Assembly: GCA_051861545.1 (NCBI GenBank)
Contig: JBIMKP010000007.1
Span: forward strand, 5,206-69,205
Source: Bacteroidia bacterium
GTDB taxonomy: Bacteria; Bacteroidota; Bacteroidia; UKL13-3
Length of the DNA stretch: 64,000 nucleotides
Direction: 5' to 3'
The notes beneath the pieces are model-generated. The model was not told where the DNA came from. It saw only the letters and a list, made by a program, of their open reading frames with translations, and searched no databases. Below are positions 19,430-30,122 of this stretch, piece after piece (positions within the stretch are counted from its first letter, which is position 1; every line of letters starts with the position of its first letter). Made by a program: the position numbers and the translations under genes.

Positions 19430-20101
19430 TTAAAACTCCTTTTCCTGCAAAGGTTTTAATAATACTCCGTGTCTGTTAAATAAACATAATTGAGTAAATC
19501 TACCATTACTTTCTTGTTTACCATTCACTTCAACCATGTCAATTCCTGTAATGGTAATTTCAATGCCCGACATACTTACTTTTTCTAACCAACCCGCATG
19601 AAAAAAGGATAATGTTTTATCCTTAAAATGATAAACATGAACAGCAGGACACACCTTCCAAGCATCGGTTTGGAAATACATAACGCTTCCATCTTTAGAT
19701 ATGGTAACTCGTTCGATATTGCATAAAGATTTAAAAGGAAATTCGCTTGATTGTCCATAATTAAGTTCTGTTCCTCCTTCTCCATCTAAACATCCCGTAA
19801 ATAATTTAGTTTCTGTTTTGCTGATGGAATTGTAGCTATATACCGAAATTTGGTCAATTGATGTAACTCCTTCTTGGTCCTTAGTTTTAGATAATTGTTC
19901 TGTTTTACTATAAATAATTAAATGGTGTTTTGCTGAGTAATCTAATAATTTCATTGGACCTTTACTTCTAATTTCAATACTCTTACCAGTATTTAGTGTA
20001 ATCAGAATTTTACCATTTTTTTCAAATGCTTTTTTGAAAGGCTGGGCAAAAATCAAATTGACAGAAAATAAAAAGAAGAAAAGTAAGATTGAATTTTTCA
20101 T
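19430..20101 (-). CDS. Hypothetical secreted protein
   Basis: Signal peptide MKNSILLFFFLFSVNLIFAQ. The ORF extends to 20182. No motif recognised. Confidence 0.4.
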   Translation of the reverse strand: MKNSILLFFFLFSVNLIFAQPFKKAFEKNGKILITLNTGKSIEIRSKGPMKLLDYSAKHHLIIYSKTEQLSKTKDQEGVTSIDQISVYSYNSISKTETKLFTGCLDGEGGTELNYGQSSEFPFKSLCNIERVTISKDGSVMYFQTDAWKVCPAVHVYHFKDKTLSFFHAGWLEKVSMSGIEITITGIDMVEVNGKQESNGRFTQLCLFNRHGVLLKPLQEKEF

Positions 20102-20260
20102 AATAAAGTTTTTCCTAATTCGAACAATTATAATGCCGAGAAGTGATTTATGGATTTTTATATAAGTATTATTTTTAAACACTGAGTTCTTGAAAAAATA
20201 AAGGGTTGTTTCAAAATAAGAAACAACCCTTTATGTCGTATGAATTTAATTGATTTTATC

Positions 20261-22279
20261 TTACTTGTTCATGCTATCTAAGAGGATTTTCAAGCTTTCA
20301 TCCAAAATTAAATTTGGCTCAACTTTATTGGTTTCTTTTATTTTCTTTCTTTCCTCATCTCTTTTCTTCTTACGCGCATCTTCTGCATTTAATTCAGCTT
20401 TATAAGTTTCTTCGTTTAAACTGGTATAATTTCTCTCTTTTGCTTCATTAAACAATTTAATGTCTTCTAGCAAATAAGCATACTCAGGTTCTTTGTTCAT
20501 TCTTTCTAAATGAGATGCTTTTAAACTGTTAATGACTGATTTATTATCAGCCAAAGCCTTATAAGGTACTGCTGCTATTTCATCGTAAGGAAGTGCGTAT
20601 TTGCTAGCTTCTTCTCCATATTCTTTTGCTGCATAAATCGATGGAAATTCAATATCTGGAATCACGCCTTTATGCTGAGTACTTCCTCCAGAAATACGAT
20701 AAAATTTAGCAATGGTAATTTTAACCTGACCTAATTTTTTTCCATCCATCATCATAAACTGGTTTAAATCGGTCATGTTTTGAACCGTACCTTTTCCAAA
20801 AGTTTTTTCTCCTACAACAATTCCTCTGCGGTAATCCTGGATTGCAGCTGCAAAAATTTCAGATGCAGAAGCGCTAAATCTGTTAACCATTACCATCATT
20901 GGGCCATCCCAGAAAATATTATCATCTCTATCTTCTTCTGAATTGGCAACACCATAAGCATCTTTTACTTGTACTACTGGTCCTTTTTTAATGAATAATC
21001 CGGTTAGTTCAACCGCTTCTTGTAATGAACCTCCACCATTGTTTCTAAGGTCGATAATAAATGCTTCTGCAGAATCTTTTTTCAATTCAGTAATCAATCT
21101 TTTTACATCTTTTGTGGTGCTTTTGTAATTTGGATCTTTACGTTGCATTCCAGCAAAATCGAGGTAAAAGGTGGGAATGCTGATAACTCCTACTTTAACT
21201 TTCTTTCCGTTTAATTCAGCTTCTTTTATACTCCCTTTGGCACTTTGGTCTTCCAATACAATTTTATCACGTGTTATCTCAATAATTTGGGTTTTAGCAT
21301 TGGTGGCATCTGCAGGTATAATTTCTAAACGAACAAGGGTACCTTTTTTTCCTCTAATTAAACCAACAACATCATCAATTCTCCAATCTAAAATACTAAC
21401 CATTTCTCCATCTTTACCCTGACCAACAGCTACAATTTTATCATTTGCATGAACTTGTTTGCTCCTGTCAGCTGGACCACCTTTTACTACTTCACGAATT
21501 TTTGTATATTCATTTTCTGTTTGAAGTGTAGCTCCAATTCCTTCTAAACTTAAACTCATACTGGTATTAAAATCCTCTGCCATTCTTGGTGAAAAATAAT
21601 TGGTATGAGGGTCGGCAATTTCTGTTAGTGAATTTGCGAAAAATGAAAACACATCTTCATTTTTAGTTTTACTTAGTTGCTTTAGAAGATTGTCGTAACG
21701 TTTTGTTAAATCTGTTGCACAAACTTTTGGGTCTTTGCCACCAGATTTTAATTGTAAAAACTCCATTTTAATCTTTCTTTTCCACAACAAATCATATTCT
21801 TTATAATTGGCACACCAGGTAGCATTCTCTCTATTTGTTAATAATGAATCTTTAGTTGTAAAATCAAAATTCGATTTCAATAAATCTTTTGTGAAATAGA
21901 TTCTTTCTTCTAATCTTTTTTGATACAAATTGTACATGTCAAATGCCTTTTGCACATTTCCCATCATCAAGTCATCATCTAATTTATAACGGAATTGTTC
22001 AAATTGCTCAATATCTTGCTTTAAGAAATACATTTTCCCAGGATCTAAATTCTCCAAATAAGCATCTAATAAATTTGATGAAAGTTTATCGTCGATGCTT
22101 AATTTTCTTAAATGATATGAATTAAGAATCTGTCCCACTAATTGGTATAATACAGGATGCTGAGATTCCGGTTCGAAGTTTTTTAAAACTACTTTGGTAC
22201 TGTCATTTGCAAAAACAGATGATGTTAAAGCAAATACCGATAGGGTGATGGCAACAAATATTTTTCTCATTGAATGCAA
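20261..22279 (-). CDS. ctp: S41-family carboxy-terminal processing peptidase (tail-specific protease)
   Basis: Signal peptide and PDZ region. S41 catalytic core ...GGGS.../ASASEIFAAA. 672 aa. Confidence 0.8.
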   Translation of the reverse strand: MHSMRKIFVAITLSVFALTSSVFANDSTKVVLKNFEPESQHPVLYQLVGQILNSYHLRKLSIDDKLSSNLLDAYLENLDPGKMYFLKQDIEQFEQFRYKLDDDLMMGNVQKAFDMYNLYQKRLEERIYFTKDLLKSNFDFTTKDSLLTNRENATWCANYKEYDLLWKRKIKMEFLQLKSGGKDPKVCATDLTKRYDNLLKQLSKTKNEDVFSFFANSLTEIADPHTNYFSPRMAEDFNTSMSLSLEGIGATLQTENEYTKIREVVKGGPADRSKQVHANDKIVAVGQGKDGEMVSILDWRIDDVVGLIRGKKGTLVRLEIIPADATNAKTQIIEITRDKIVLEDQSAKGSIKEAELNGKKVKVGVISIPTFYLDFAGMQRKDPNYKSTTKDVKRLITELKKDSAEAFIIDLRNNGGGSLQEAVELTGLFIKKGPVVQVKDAYGVANSEEDRDDNIFWDGPMMVMVNRFSASASEIFAAAIQDYRRGIVVGEKTFGKGTVQNMTDLNQFMMMDGKKLGQVKITIAKFYRISGGSTQHKGVIPDIEFPSIYAAKEYGEEASKYALPYDEIAAVPYKALADNKSVINSLKASHLERMNKEPEYAYLLEDIKLFNEAKERNYTSLNEETYKAELNAEDARKKKRDEERKKIKETNKVEPNLILDESLKILLDSMNK

Positions 22280-22345
22280 TGTAATGAAATTCTTAATTGA
22301 GCTAAGATTTTTTTAGATGATTGGTTTTTGTAAAACTTAAATGGA

Positions 22346-22906
22346 CTAAAAATTGGTTTTGAAAATCCTAATAGCAATGCTTAACAAAACAATTCCAAAG
22401 AATTTTCTAATTAATGAAAGTCCAGAATCGCCTAATTTCTTTTCAATCCAAGAGCTAGAGCGTAAAACTATATAAACAAATACCAGATTTATTATTAATC
22501 CCATCACAATATTTGGGAGTGTGTATACTGCACGCATAGAAATTATCGTTGTGAGAGTTCCAGAACCAGCGATAATTGGAAAAGCAATAGGAATAATGCT
22601 TCCGGTTTTTTCGCTTGGGTCGTTTTTTAGTAATTCAATTCCTAAAATCATTTCTAAACCAATAATAAATATGACAATTGAACCAGCAATAGCAAATGAC
22701 TGAATATCAACGCCAAATAAGCCAAGGAAGCTTTTTCCTAAAAATAGAAAAAGTACCATCAATGCCCCCGCAGCCAATGTAGCTTTGCCACTATCTAGGT
22801 GTTTCTGCCTGTTTTTTATGGTTATAATAATAGGTAATGCGCCAATGATATCAATAATGGCAAATAGGGTAAGGGTGATGGTGGTAATATCTTGAATTGA
22901 AAACAT
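22346..22906 (-). CDS. MarC-family (UPF0056) integral membrane protein
   Basis: 186 aa with six TM segments. N-terminus has the MarC pattern (FAIIDIIGALPI). Confidence 0.6.
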   Translation of the reverse strand: MFSIQDITTITLTLFAIIDIIGALPIIITIKNRQKHLDSGKATLAAGALMVLFLFLGKSFLGLFGVDIQSFAIAGSIVIFIIGLEMILGIELLKNDPSEKTGSIIPIAFPIIAGSGTLTTIISMRAVYTLPNIVMGLIINLVFVYIVLRSSSWIEKKLGDSGLSLIRKFFGIVLLSIAIRIFKTNF

Positions 22907-22955
22907 GCTGCAAAGATAGCTTTGCTCTTATTTAAATAATGAATAATTTGCAACC

Positions 22956-23705
22956 GTGCGATTTTTAAAAACTTTTGGAATACATATACTGCTAATTGCA
23001 GTGGTTTTATACCTGCTTACCTGGGTGGCAGTAGGCTTTTTGAGTAGTTATACTCGTCATGGTCAGTATCTTACATTGCCAAATTTAAAAGGACTTCCTA
23101 TTGAAGAAGCAGAGAAAGTATTAAACGAAAAGCAACTTCGTTTCATCATTACCGATACGGTTTTTGTTGATGGAATGCCAAAATCTGCTGTTGTTGAGCA
23201 GAATCCGATCCCAAATTCTAAGGTAAAAACAGGCAGAATAATTTATTTAAGCATCAATTCAACAAGTTCAGCAACTGTTATTATGCCCAATTTAATAAAT
23301 AGTTCGCTTCGTTATGCCGAAACGGTTTTAGGCGGAATGGGTTTGCGTTTAGGTGATGTGACTTACAAACCAGATATTGCTCAGAATGCTGTTTTAGACC
23401 AATTATGGAATGGACAAAGTATTCAACCAGGAACTAGAATTCCAAAAGGTGCAGCTATTAATTTAGTTGTGGGTGATGGTAGTGGTGGAGCTTTAGTATC
23501 AATGCCTGATTTAACAGGTTTGAGTTTGCTTGATGCAACAAAAGTTATTGAAGGTTCTATGCTTCAGTTAGGTGCTGTTGTTTACGAAGGCGCGGTTTCT
23601 GATAGTTCAAAAGCAGTTGTCATTCGTCAAAATCCTCCTTTTTCAGAAAGCTCAAGCATCCGCAGTGGCGAAATGGTTGACGTTTTTTTATCAATTAAAA
23701 AATAA
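22956..23705 (+). CDS. PASTA-domain protein
   Basis: N-terminal TM anchor, then three ~65-aa repeats starting LPNLKGLPIEEAEKVL, MPNLINSSLRYAETVL and MPDLTGLSLLDATKVI. Confidence 0.7.
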   Translation: MRFLKTFGIHILLIAVVLYLLTWVAVGFLSSYTRHGQYLTLPNLKGLPIEEAEKVLNEKQLRFIITDTVFVDGMPKSAVVEQNPIPNSKVKTGRIIYLSINSTSSATVIMPNLINSSLRYAETVLGGMGLRLGDVTYKPDIAQNAVLDQLWNGQSIQPGTRIPKGAAINLVVGDGSGGALVSMPDLTGLSLLDATKVIEGSMLQLGAVVYEGAVSDSSKAVVIRQNPPFSESSSIRSGEMVDVFLSIKK

Positions 23706-26539
23706 TGAATTTGAAAAATATCAGATTTCTGTTGGGTTTTATTTTATTGTTGATTTATGGTCAATCGTTTGCTCAAGAGGTAATTCTACCTCTTAAAAAC
23801 AATCCGGCTTTAAATTATTCTGATTTTAATCCTGTTGTAAAAAACAGTTTTAGAAAAAAAGCGAATTTGAGTTTGCCTTTTGTTGATTTTTTTGAAAATG
23901 GAAATCTTCCTAATAGAACCCGATGGTCAGATTCATCTACAAGCATTTTAAATCGATATTTGATTTTTGATTCTTATAATGAAAATGGTCAGATTTATGC
24001 TGGAGTTAATGGTATTGCCGATAGACTTACATCAAAAACAATTGATTTGAGTTCATCTTCAAGAAATTTAGTTTTAAGTTTTAATATTCAGGCAGGAGCC
24101 AGTTTTGTAGATGGAGATAGCATTGTTTTAGAAGCTTTGTCTGCAAATCAAGTTTGGACAACAATCTGGTCGGCTGGAACAATCTTAAAAACACCAAGAG
24201 AAATTTATCTTTTAATTGATCCTTCAGTTTTTAAAAGTTCAAATTTTAGTTTCAGATTTAGTTTTTTAACCAATTTTGATGAAGATAAAGTCGAATCTTT
24301 TATCCTAAGTAAACTGGTTTTAGCAAATCAAATTCCTTTACCTTTTTATTCTTCAATTCAAAATGGAGTTTCGTTTAACCAAGCTTTTTCTGGTCCCGAT
24401 TTAACTACTGAATCTATTAAAGCTGGTACTTTTATGGGTCAAGGATTTGTATTTGATGCTTTAAACAATAAAAATATTGCTTATACAGGTTCTTATGGCG
24501 GTGCTGATACTTTGTTTATGCATTCAATTCCTGTTTCAGCTTATCCGGCAGGCGATTCATTGTTTTTAGGTTTTTCAGTTGAAGCCCTTGCTGGTGCTAA
24601 AAATAGCGATAGTTTGATATTGGAATTTAGAAACAATTTGGGAGTTTGGACAAGGCAATCTGTTTTTCATCTTCAGAACAATTCTGGCAGTAGAGACTAT
24701 CAGATTTTTTTGAATTCAGGTAGAAATCGCCATCCATTTTTCAGAGCAAGATGGATTCTAAAATCTGGATTATCTGTAAATGATACAGCTAAATTTTTAC
24801 TAGGTGCAATTCGTTTTACTAGAAGAATTTCTCTTCCTTTTGTTGATGATTTTTCAGCTTCAAGAATTAAACCTGATAGAACTAAGTGGGTTGATTCTTT
24901 TGTTTATATTAACAACCAATTTCCAATAGAACAGCCTTCTGTTCAGGTTGCTACTTTCGATGGATTAAATCAGTTTGGAAATGCTTATTCTTTATTTGCT
25001 TTAAAAGGTGATGCCGATTTTTTGAATACCTATTCAATGAATTTGAGGTCATTAAAGCCATCAGATTCTGTATATCTAAGCTTTTTTTATCAGTATGAAT
25101 TACAAGGTGAAACAGGACAATTTTTTCCTGATGATTCATTTACTGTGATGATGAGAAATAGTAGATTTAATCAAAATGAATTTAAAATTTTATGGCAATT
25201 ATCGGCCAAAGATGCTACTCCAAATACATTTGTAAGAGTTGATATTCCTATAACAGACACTGCTTTGTTTCACGATGATGTGCAAATACGATTCAAAAAT
25301 AGAGGCAGTTTAAGTGGAAATTTGAGTCATTGGCACCTCGATTTTGTTCGTTTCGATAAAGGAAGAAGAAAGAATGATGCCTATAATGATGTTTCATTAA
25401 CCAATACACCTCCTGTAAGATTAGGAATGTATTCATCAATGCCTTGGAAACATTACCAAGCTAATAAGGCAAAGTATTCAAACGATTCTGTGAGTTTAAG
25501 ATTTATAAACCACGACCAACAAACCTATTTGTTAGATTATTTTAGAACAATTACCAATCCCGAAGGAAATAATATCGAACAATTTAATAATGTAAGTAAT
25601 ATATTTTTTAGAAGTGATACCATTGTAAAATTCAATAGACCATTTGCTTTCTCAAGTTCTTTTGGTTCTGCTGATAGTTTAGTGTTTAATACAACTTATA
25701 AAATTGGATTATCAAGCAGTCAGAAAGATGCTATTTCTTCAAATGATACTTTTTCTGTACCTACCATTTTTAGCAATTATTTAGCTTATGATGATGGAAC
25801 TGCAGAGGCTGGTTATGGAATTAAAAACAAAACCAATAGTGGTGCAGCATTAAAATATGTTTTAGAAGTTCCTGACACTTTATATGGAATGTATGTTTTC
25901 TTTAATCAAAGTGAAAGTAATGTTAGCAATCAATCATTTAATTTAAAGGTTTGGAAATCTATTTCTAGGGTAATGGAACCTGCAAATGATGATGTTTTGT
26001 TGTATAAATCGGCCGACTTAAAACCCGTTTATGGCAACAAAGTTAATGGCTTTGCTGCATTTAAAATTGAACCACCCATTGCATTAACAGATAGTTTTTA
26101 TATTGGTTGGGAACAAGCTCAAGCTTATGTGTTGAATATTGGTATAGATAAGAATTTTCCTGCTGGCATCAATAGAAATATGTTTTTTAAGCAAGATGGA
26201 CAATGGTATCCAACAGATTTTACAGGTGCTTTAATGATGAGACCAATTGTTGGAAAATGGATTGATTTACCAGCTTCAATAAATGAAAATCAAGCTATTG
26301 ATTCGGAAAAATTCAGTGTTTATCCAAATCCTTCATCGGGCAAGTTTAAAATCAATTCAAAAAATAATGAAGAGTTCTTAGTTAAACTTTACGATTTATC
26401 TGGAAGAGAATTAAGTCAAACAGAAACCCAAGAAAAAGAAGTTGATTTAAGCGGATTTAATTTTGGTGTTTATTTGCTTAAAATTGAATCAAAACAAAGC
26501 AGAAATTCAAGTGTTTTAAAGATTATAATACAACCCTAA
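23705..26539 (+). CDS. Large secreted protein with T9SS C-terminal sorting domain
   Basis: Signal peptide. 944 aa. C-terminus ...FSVYPNPSSGKF...GVYLLKIESKQSRNSSVLKIIIQP is a Por_Secre_tail-type T9SS tail. Confidence 0.7.
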   Translation: MNLKNIRFLLGFILLLIYGQSFAQEVILPLKNNPALNYSDFNPVVKNSFRKKANLSLPFVDFFENGNLPNRTRWSDSSTSILNRYLIFDSYNENGQIYAGVNGIADRLTSKTIDLSSSSRNLVLSFNIQAGASFVDGDSIVLEALSANQVWTTIWSAGTILKTPREIYLLIDPSVFKSSNFSFRFSFLTNFDEDKVESFILSKLVLANQIPLPFYSSIQNGVSFNQAFSGPDLTTESIKAGTFMGQGFVFDALNNKNIAYTGSYGGADTLFMHSIPVSAYPAGDSLFLGFSVEALAGAKNSDSLILEFRNNLGVWTRQSVFHLQNNSGSRDYQIFLNSGRNRHPFFRARWILKSGLSVNDTAKFLLGAIRFTRRISLPFVDDFSASRIKPDRTKWVDSFVYINNQFPIEQPSVQVATFDGLNQFGNAYSLFALKGDADFLNTYSMNLRSLKPSDSVYLSFFYQYELQGETGQFFPDDSFTVMMRNSRFNQNEFKILWQLSAKDATPNTFVRVDIPITDTALFHDDVQIRFKNRGSLSGNLSHWHLDFVRFDKGRRKNDAYNDVSLTNTPPVRLGMYSSMPWKHYQANKAKYSNDSVSLRFINHDQQTYLLDYFRTITNPEGNNIEQFNNVSNIFFRSDTIVKFNRPFAFSSSFGSADSLVFNTTYKIGLSSSQKDAISSNDTFSVPTIFSNYLAYDDGTAEAGYGIKNKTNSGAALKYVLEVPDTLYGMYVFFNQSESNVSNQSFNLKVWKSISRVMEPANDDVLLYKSADLKPVYGNKVNGFAAFKIEPPIALTDSFYIGWEQAQAYVLNIGIDKNFPAGINRNMFFKQDGQWYPTDFTGALMMRPIVGKWIDLPASINENQAIDSEKFSVYPNPSSGKFKINSKNNEEFLVKLYDLSGRELSQTETQEKEVDLSGFNFGVYLLKIESKQSRNSSVLKIIIQP

Positions 26540-26546
26540 AAAATAT

Positions 26547-26852
26547 ATGGAAGATATCAGCGTATCAGAGTTAAAAGAAAGAATGGATAAAGGTGAAAAA
26601 CTACATGTTTATGATGTAAGAGAATTACATGAATATGAGGAGTTTAATATTGGTGCAAATCATATTCCTTTAGGCGAATTGCCTAGTAGAACTGCTGATT
26701 TAGAAGCTTTGAAAAATGAAGAAATTATTCTTCATTGCAGAAGTGGAGCAAGAAGTGGAAATGCAAAAATGTATTTAGAAGGATTGGGTTTTACTAAAGT
26801 GAGAAACTTGCTAGGTGGAATGTTAGCTTGGCAAGATAAATTTGGTGCTTAG
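26547..26852 (+). CDS. Rhodanese-like single-domain sulfurtransferase
   Basis: Active-site loop HCRSGARSG. 101 aa. Confidence 0.75.
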   Translation: MEDISVSELKERMDKGEKLHVYDVRELHEYEEFNIGANHIPLGELPSRTADLEALKNEEIILHCRSGARSGNAKMYLEGLGFTKVRNLLGGMLAWQDKFGA

Positions 26853-26857
26853 TTTTC

Positions 26858-28819
26858 ATGTTTGAATCAAAAAGAATTCTATTTAAAAATGGATGGCTGA
26901 AATTAATTTTTTGGCCATTTGTTTTTATAATGATTTTAGAATCGGTTTTTTGCAATGAGCCTTCAACTAAAACTACTGAATTCCTCAATCATGATACCAC
27001 CGTTCATTATGTTGGAATTGAAGCATGCCGCTCTTGTCATACAGATATTTATAATAGTTTTATTCAAACGGGCATGGGGCAATCATTTGCTCCAGCTACC
27101 CACACAAAATCTTCTGCAAAATTCAATCACCAAAAGCCAGTATTTGATAAAAAACTAGGCTTATATTATTTGCCAATATGGATTGGCGATTCTCTTTATA
27201 TCAAAGAATTTGGCTTAGAAGGTAAGGATACAATTCATCAAAGAATTGAGAGAGTTGATTATATAATTGGTTCAGGACAACATACCAATTCACATATAGC
27301 TATCAGAAATGGATATGTATTTCAATTGCCTTTAACTTGGTATGCACAAAAACAGCAATGGGATTTACCTCCAGGATTCGAAAACGGACGAAATGTGCGT
27401 TTTTCAAGAGAAGTTGGTATGGAATGTATGAGTTGTCATAATGCCATGCCTAAGGCCGATGAATCTGCCATAAACAAGTTTATTTCCATTCCCAATGGTA
27501 TTGATTGTGAAAGATGCCATGGGCCAGGAGAATTACATGTAAAAGAAAAATTGGCTGGTAATATTGTTGATACAAGTAAATATGCTGATTATACTATTGT
27601 TAATCCTAAAAGATTAAGTTGGGAGCGCCAAACGGATTTATGTCAGCGCTGTCATTTACAAGGAAATGCTGTTTTAAAACCAGGAAAAGGTTTTGGCGAT
27701 TTTAGACCTGGTATGAAATTGGCCGATTACTACAATGTTTTTATGCCCAAGTTTAAAGGTGCAGAAAACGAGTTTATCATGGCTTCTCATGCGCAGCGTT
27801 TACAGGAGAGTAAGTGTTTTGTTCAATCAAATAAAAACATGGAGTTAAATGCGGTAAATACGGGGATGAATTTAACTTGTATTAATTGCCACAATCCACA
27901 TGTGAGCGTGAAGTTTACTGGTAAGCAAATCTTCAACAATGCATGTATGAAATGTCATGATTCAAAAGCATGTAAAGAAATTCCAGAAAATAGAAGAGCC
28001 ATTAATGATAATTGTGTTAGTTGTCACATGCCTAAAAGCGGAACTGTGGATATTCCTCACGTTACAGTTCACGACCATAAAATTAGGATACCAACTAAAG
28101 CAAACGAAGTTAAATCTATAAAAGAATTTGCTGGTTTGTATTGTGTTACCAAAGGAAACCTTACCGAATTAGACCAAGCACAGGCCTTTTTAAATTACCA
28201 AGAAAAATTTGAAGGTGACTCGAAAATTTCATTTGATTCAGCATCCTTTTTTATACAAAAACTAACAGGAACTGAATCTTATTCAGCATTACAGATACAT
28301 TATGCATTCCTGCAAAAAGATGATTTAGGAGTGTTAAAAATAGCATCAAATATAGACTCCAAACTTATTCAAGATTTTTGGATGGCATACCGAATTGGAC
28401 AATCTGCTTTTAATATACAAGATTATACAAAGGCTGAAATTTGGTTAAGAAGAGCCTGTGAAATAGCGCCCAATAATTTAAAGTTCAAAAACAAACTAAT
28501 GTTGGCTTGTTTAATGAATGGTAAAATAGAAGAGGCAATTCGAATACAAGAAAACTCTCTTTCAATTTATCCAAATCAAGAAGATGTTTGGTCGAATTTA
28601 GGCTTTGCTTATGCCAATTTACAGCAATATGAAAAAGCGCTTGAGTGTTATAACAAGGAGTTGAAATTATTTCCATATCATCAACAAGCATTAATAAACA
28701 GAGCAGGTGTTTTTCATTTATTAGGAAAAGATGATTTGGCCATTAAGGATTTAAAATTGGTTTTAAAAATCAATCCAAATGAAAGCAAAGTGAAAGAAAT
28801 GTTAGCTGCCTTAAAGTAG
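26858..28819 (+). CDS. Heptaheme cytochrome c fused to C-terminal TPR repeats
   Basis: Seven CxxCH motifs: CRSCH, CMSCH, CERCH, CQRCH, CINCH, CMKCH, CVSCH. N-terminal TM/signal. C-terminal ~200 aa is TPR-like (..AYANLQQYEKALECYNKELKLFPYHQQALINRAGVF..). Confidence 0.75.
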   Translation: MFESKRILFKNGWLKLIFWPFVFIMILESVFCNEPSTKTTEFLNHDTTVHYVGIEACRSCHTDIYNSFIQTGMGQSFAPATHTKSSAKFNHQKPVFDKKLGLYYLPIWIGDSLYIKEFGLEGKDTIHQRIERVDYIIGSGQHTNSHIAIRNGYVFQLPLTWYAQKQQWDLPPGFENGRNVRFSREVGMECMSCHNAMPKADESAINKFISIPNGIDCERCHGPGELHVKEKLAGNIVDTSKYADYTIVNPKRLSWERQTDLCQRCHLQGNAVLKPGKGFGDFRPGMKLADYYNVFMPKFKGAENEFIMASHAQRLQESKCFVQSNKNMELNAVNTGMNLTCINCHNPHVSVKFTGKQIFNNACMKCHDSKACKEIPENRRAINDNCVSCHMPKSGTVDIPHVTVHDHKIRIPTKANEVKSIKEFAGLYCVTKGNLTELDQAQAFLNYQEKFEGDSKISFDSASFFIQKLTGTESYSALQIHYAFLQKDDLGVLKIASNIDSKLIQDFWMAYRIGQSAFNIQDYTKAEIWLRRACEIAPNNLKFKNKLMLACLMNGKIEEAIRIQENSLSIYPNQEDVWSNLGFAYANLQQYEKALECYNKELKLFPYHQQALINRAGVFHLLGKDDLAIKDLKLVLKINPNESKVKEMLAALK

Positions 28820-28859
28820 CTTTGTTGAAAAATTCAGAAAAATCCTTTATTTCGTAAAG

Positions 28860-29921
28860 ATGCCCTATCAATTTTTTAACAGATACCTTCAGACAAAAAA
28901 AGGATTTAAGTTTCTTTCCTTTTTTATTGCCGGTTTATTAATCGTTGCTGTCTATAAAATTTATGCTGATTTTTTTTCGCCTAATGTAATAGGTACAGGA
29001 AAGCAATTCAGTATTGTTTACGTGCCTTCAACAAAGAATTTTGATAGATTTTGTTATGATTTAGACAACAAAGGAATTTTAATCAATATTCATTCATTCC
29101 ATCGTTTTGGAAAATTGTTGAATTTAGATGAAAAGCTAAAACCGGGAAGGTATAAAGTAGCTGCAGGAATGAGCAATTATGAGTTTGTTAAAATTCTGAT
29201 GAGAGGTAGCCAAGAATCTGTTAATTTAGTTTTTAATTATGCAGAAAGAGCTGAAGATTTATCGGCATTTTTTGGAAGGAATCTGGAATTAGATAGCACT
29301 ACTTTATTGAGTATTTTGAAAAACCAAGATCAAGCAAAACTTCATGGTTTTGATACCAATACGTTTGTAAGCATGTTTATTCCCAATACCTATAATTTGT
29401 ATTGGAATACCAATTCAACGGAGCTCATAAAAAGGATGGATAGGGAATACAAAAAGTTTTGGACTCAAGAGCGATTGGCTAAGGCAATTCATCAAAAAAT
29501 GTCACAAGTTGAGGTAAGCACCTTGGCATCAATTGTTCAAAAAGAATCAAACAAAGAAAAAGAAATGCCAGTGATAGCTGGAGTTTACTTAAACCGACTA
29601 AGAAAAGGTATTCCATTACAAGCCGATCCAACGGTAATTTTTGCTTGGAACGACAAAGAGATTAGAAGAGTAAATTCGGTGCATACAGCCATTCAATCGC
29701 CTTATAATACTTATATGAATGCAGGATTACCTCCTGGTCCCATTTGTGTGCCAAGTATTCAAGCAATTGATGCAGTTTTAAATGCTGAGGAACATGGCTA
29801 TTATTATTTCTGTGCAAGAGAAGATTTTTCTGGCTACCATTCATTTGCTGCCACTTTTCAACAGCACCAAAACAATGCAAGAAGATACCAACAAGCATTG
29901 AATAGAAATGGAATACAATAA
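28860..29921 (+). CDS. mltG: Endolytic murein transglycosylase MltG (YceG-like)
   Basis: N-terminal TM. YceG-like domain (..VIAGVYLNRLRKGIPLQADPTVIFA..). 353 aa. Confidence 0.6.
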   Translation: MPYQFFNRYLQTKKGFKFLSFFIAGLLIVAVYKIYADFFSPNVIGTGKQFSIVYVPSTKNFDRFCYDLDNKGILINIHSFHRFGKLLNLDEKLKPGRYKVAAGMSNYEFVKILMRGSQESVNLVFNYAERAEDLSAFFGRNLELDSTTLLSILKNQDQAKLHGFDTNTFVSMFIPNTYNLYWNTNSTELIKRMDREYKKFWTQERLAKAIHQKMSQVEVSTLASIVQKESNKEKEMPVIAGVYLNRLRKGIPLQADPTVIFAWNDKEIRRVNSVHTAIQSPYNTYMNAGLPPGPICVPSIQAIDAVLNAEEHGYYYFCAREDFSGYHSFAATFQQHQNNARRYQQALNRNGIQ

Positions 29922-30101
29922 CCTGGGTTTAAACCCACATTTATTTGCCCAAAGCTTCAACTCCTGAACATTGATTTTTGGGATACGACTCCAAATGAAA
30001 TTAAGCTTGAAGTAGAAAAAGCAATTGAGGAAATAGAAAATGGTCAATTCGTAGCCCATGAAGTTGTAATGAAAAATTACGCGAAATGGCTAAAAAAGTA
30101 A
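29922..30101 (+). pseudogene. Start-less 59-codon ORF in frame with mltG, separated only by its TAA stop
   Basis: PGFKPTFICPKLQLLNIDFWDTTPNEIKLEVEKAIEEIENGQFVAHEVVMKNYAKWLKK*. Protein-like, but has no ATG/GTG/TTG start. Confidence 0.3.
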
Positions 30102-30122
30102 TTCAAGTTCAATAAGCACATT

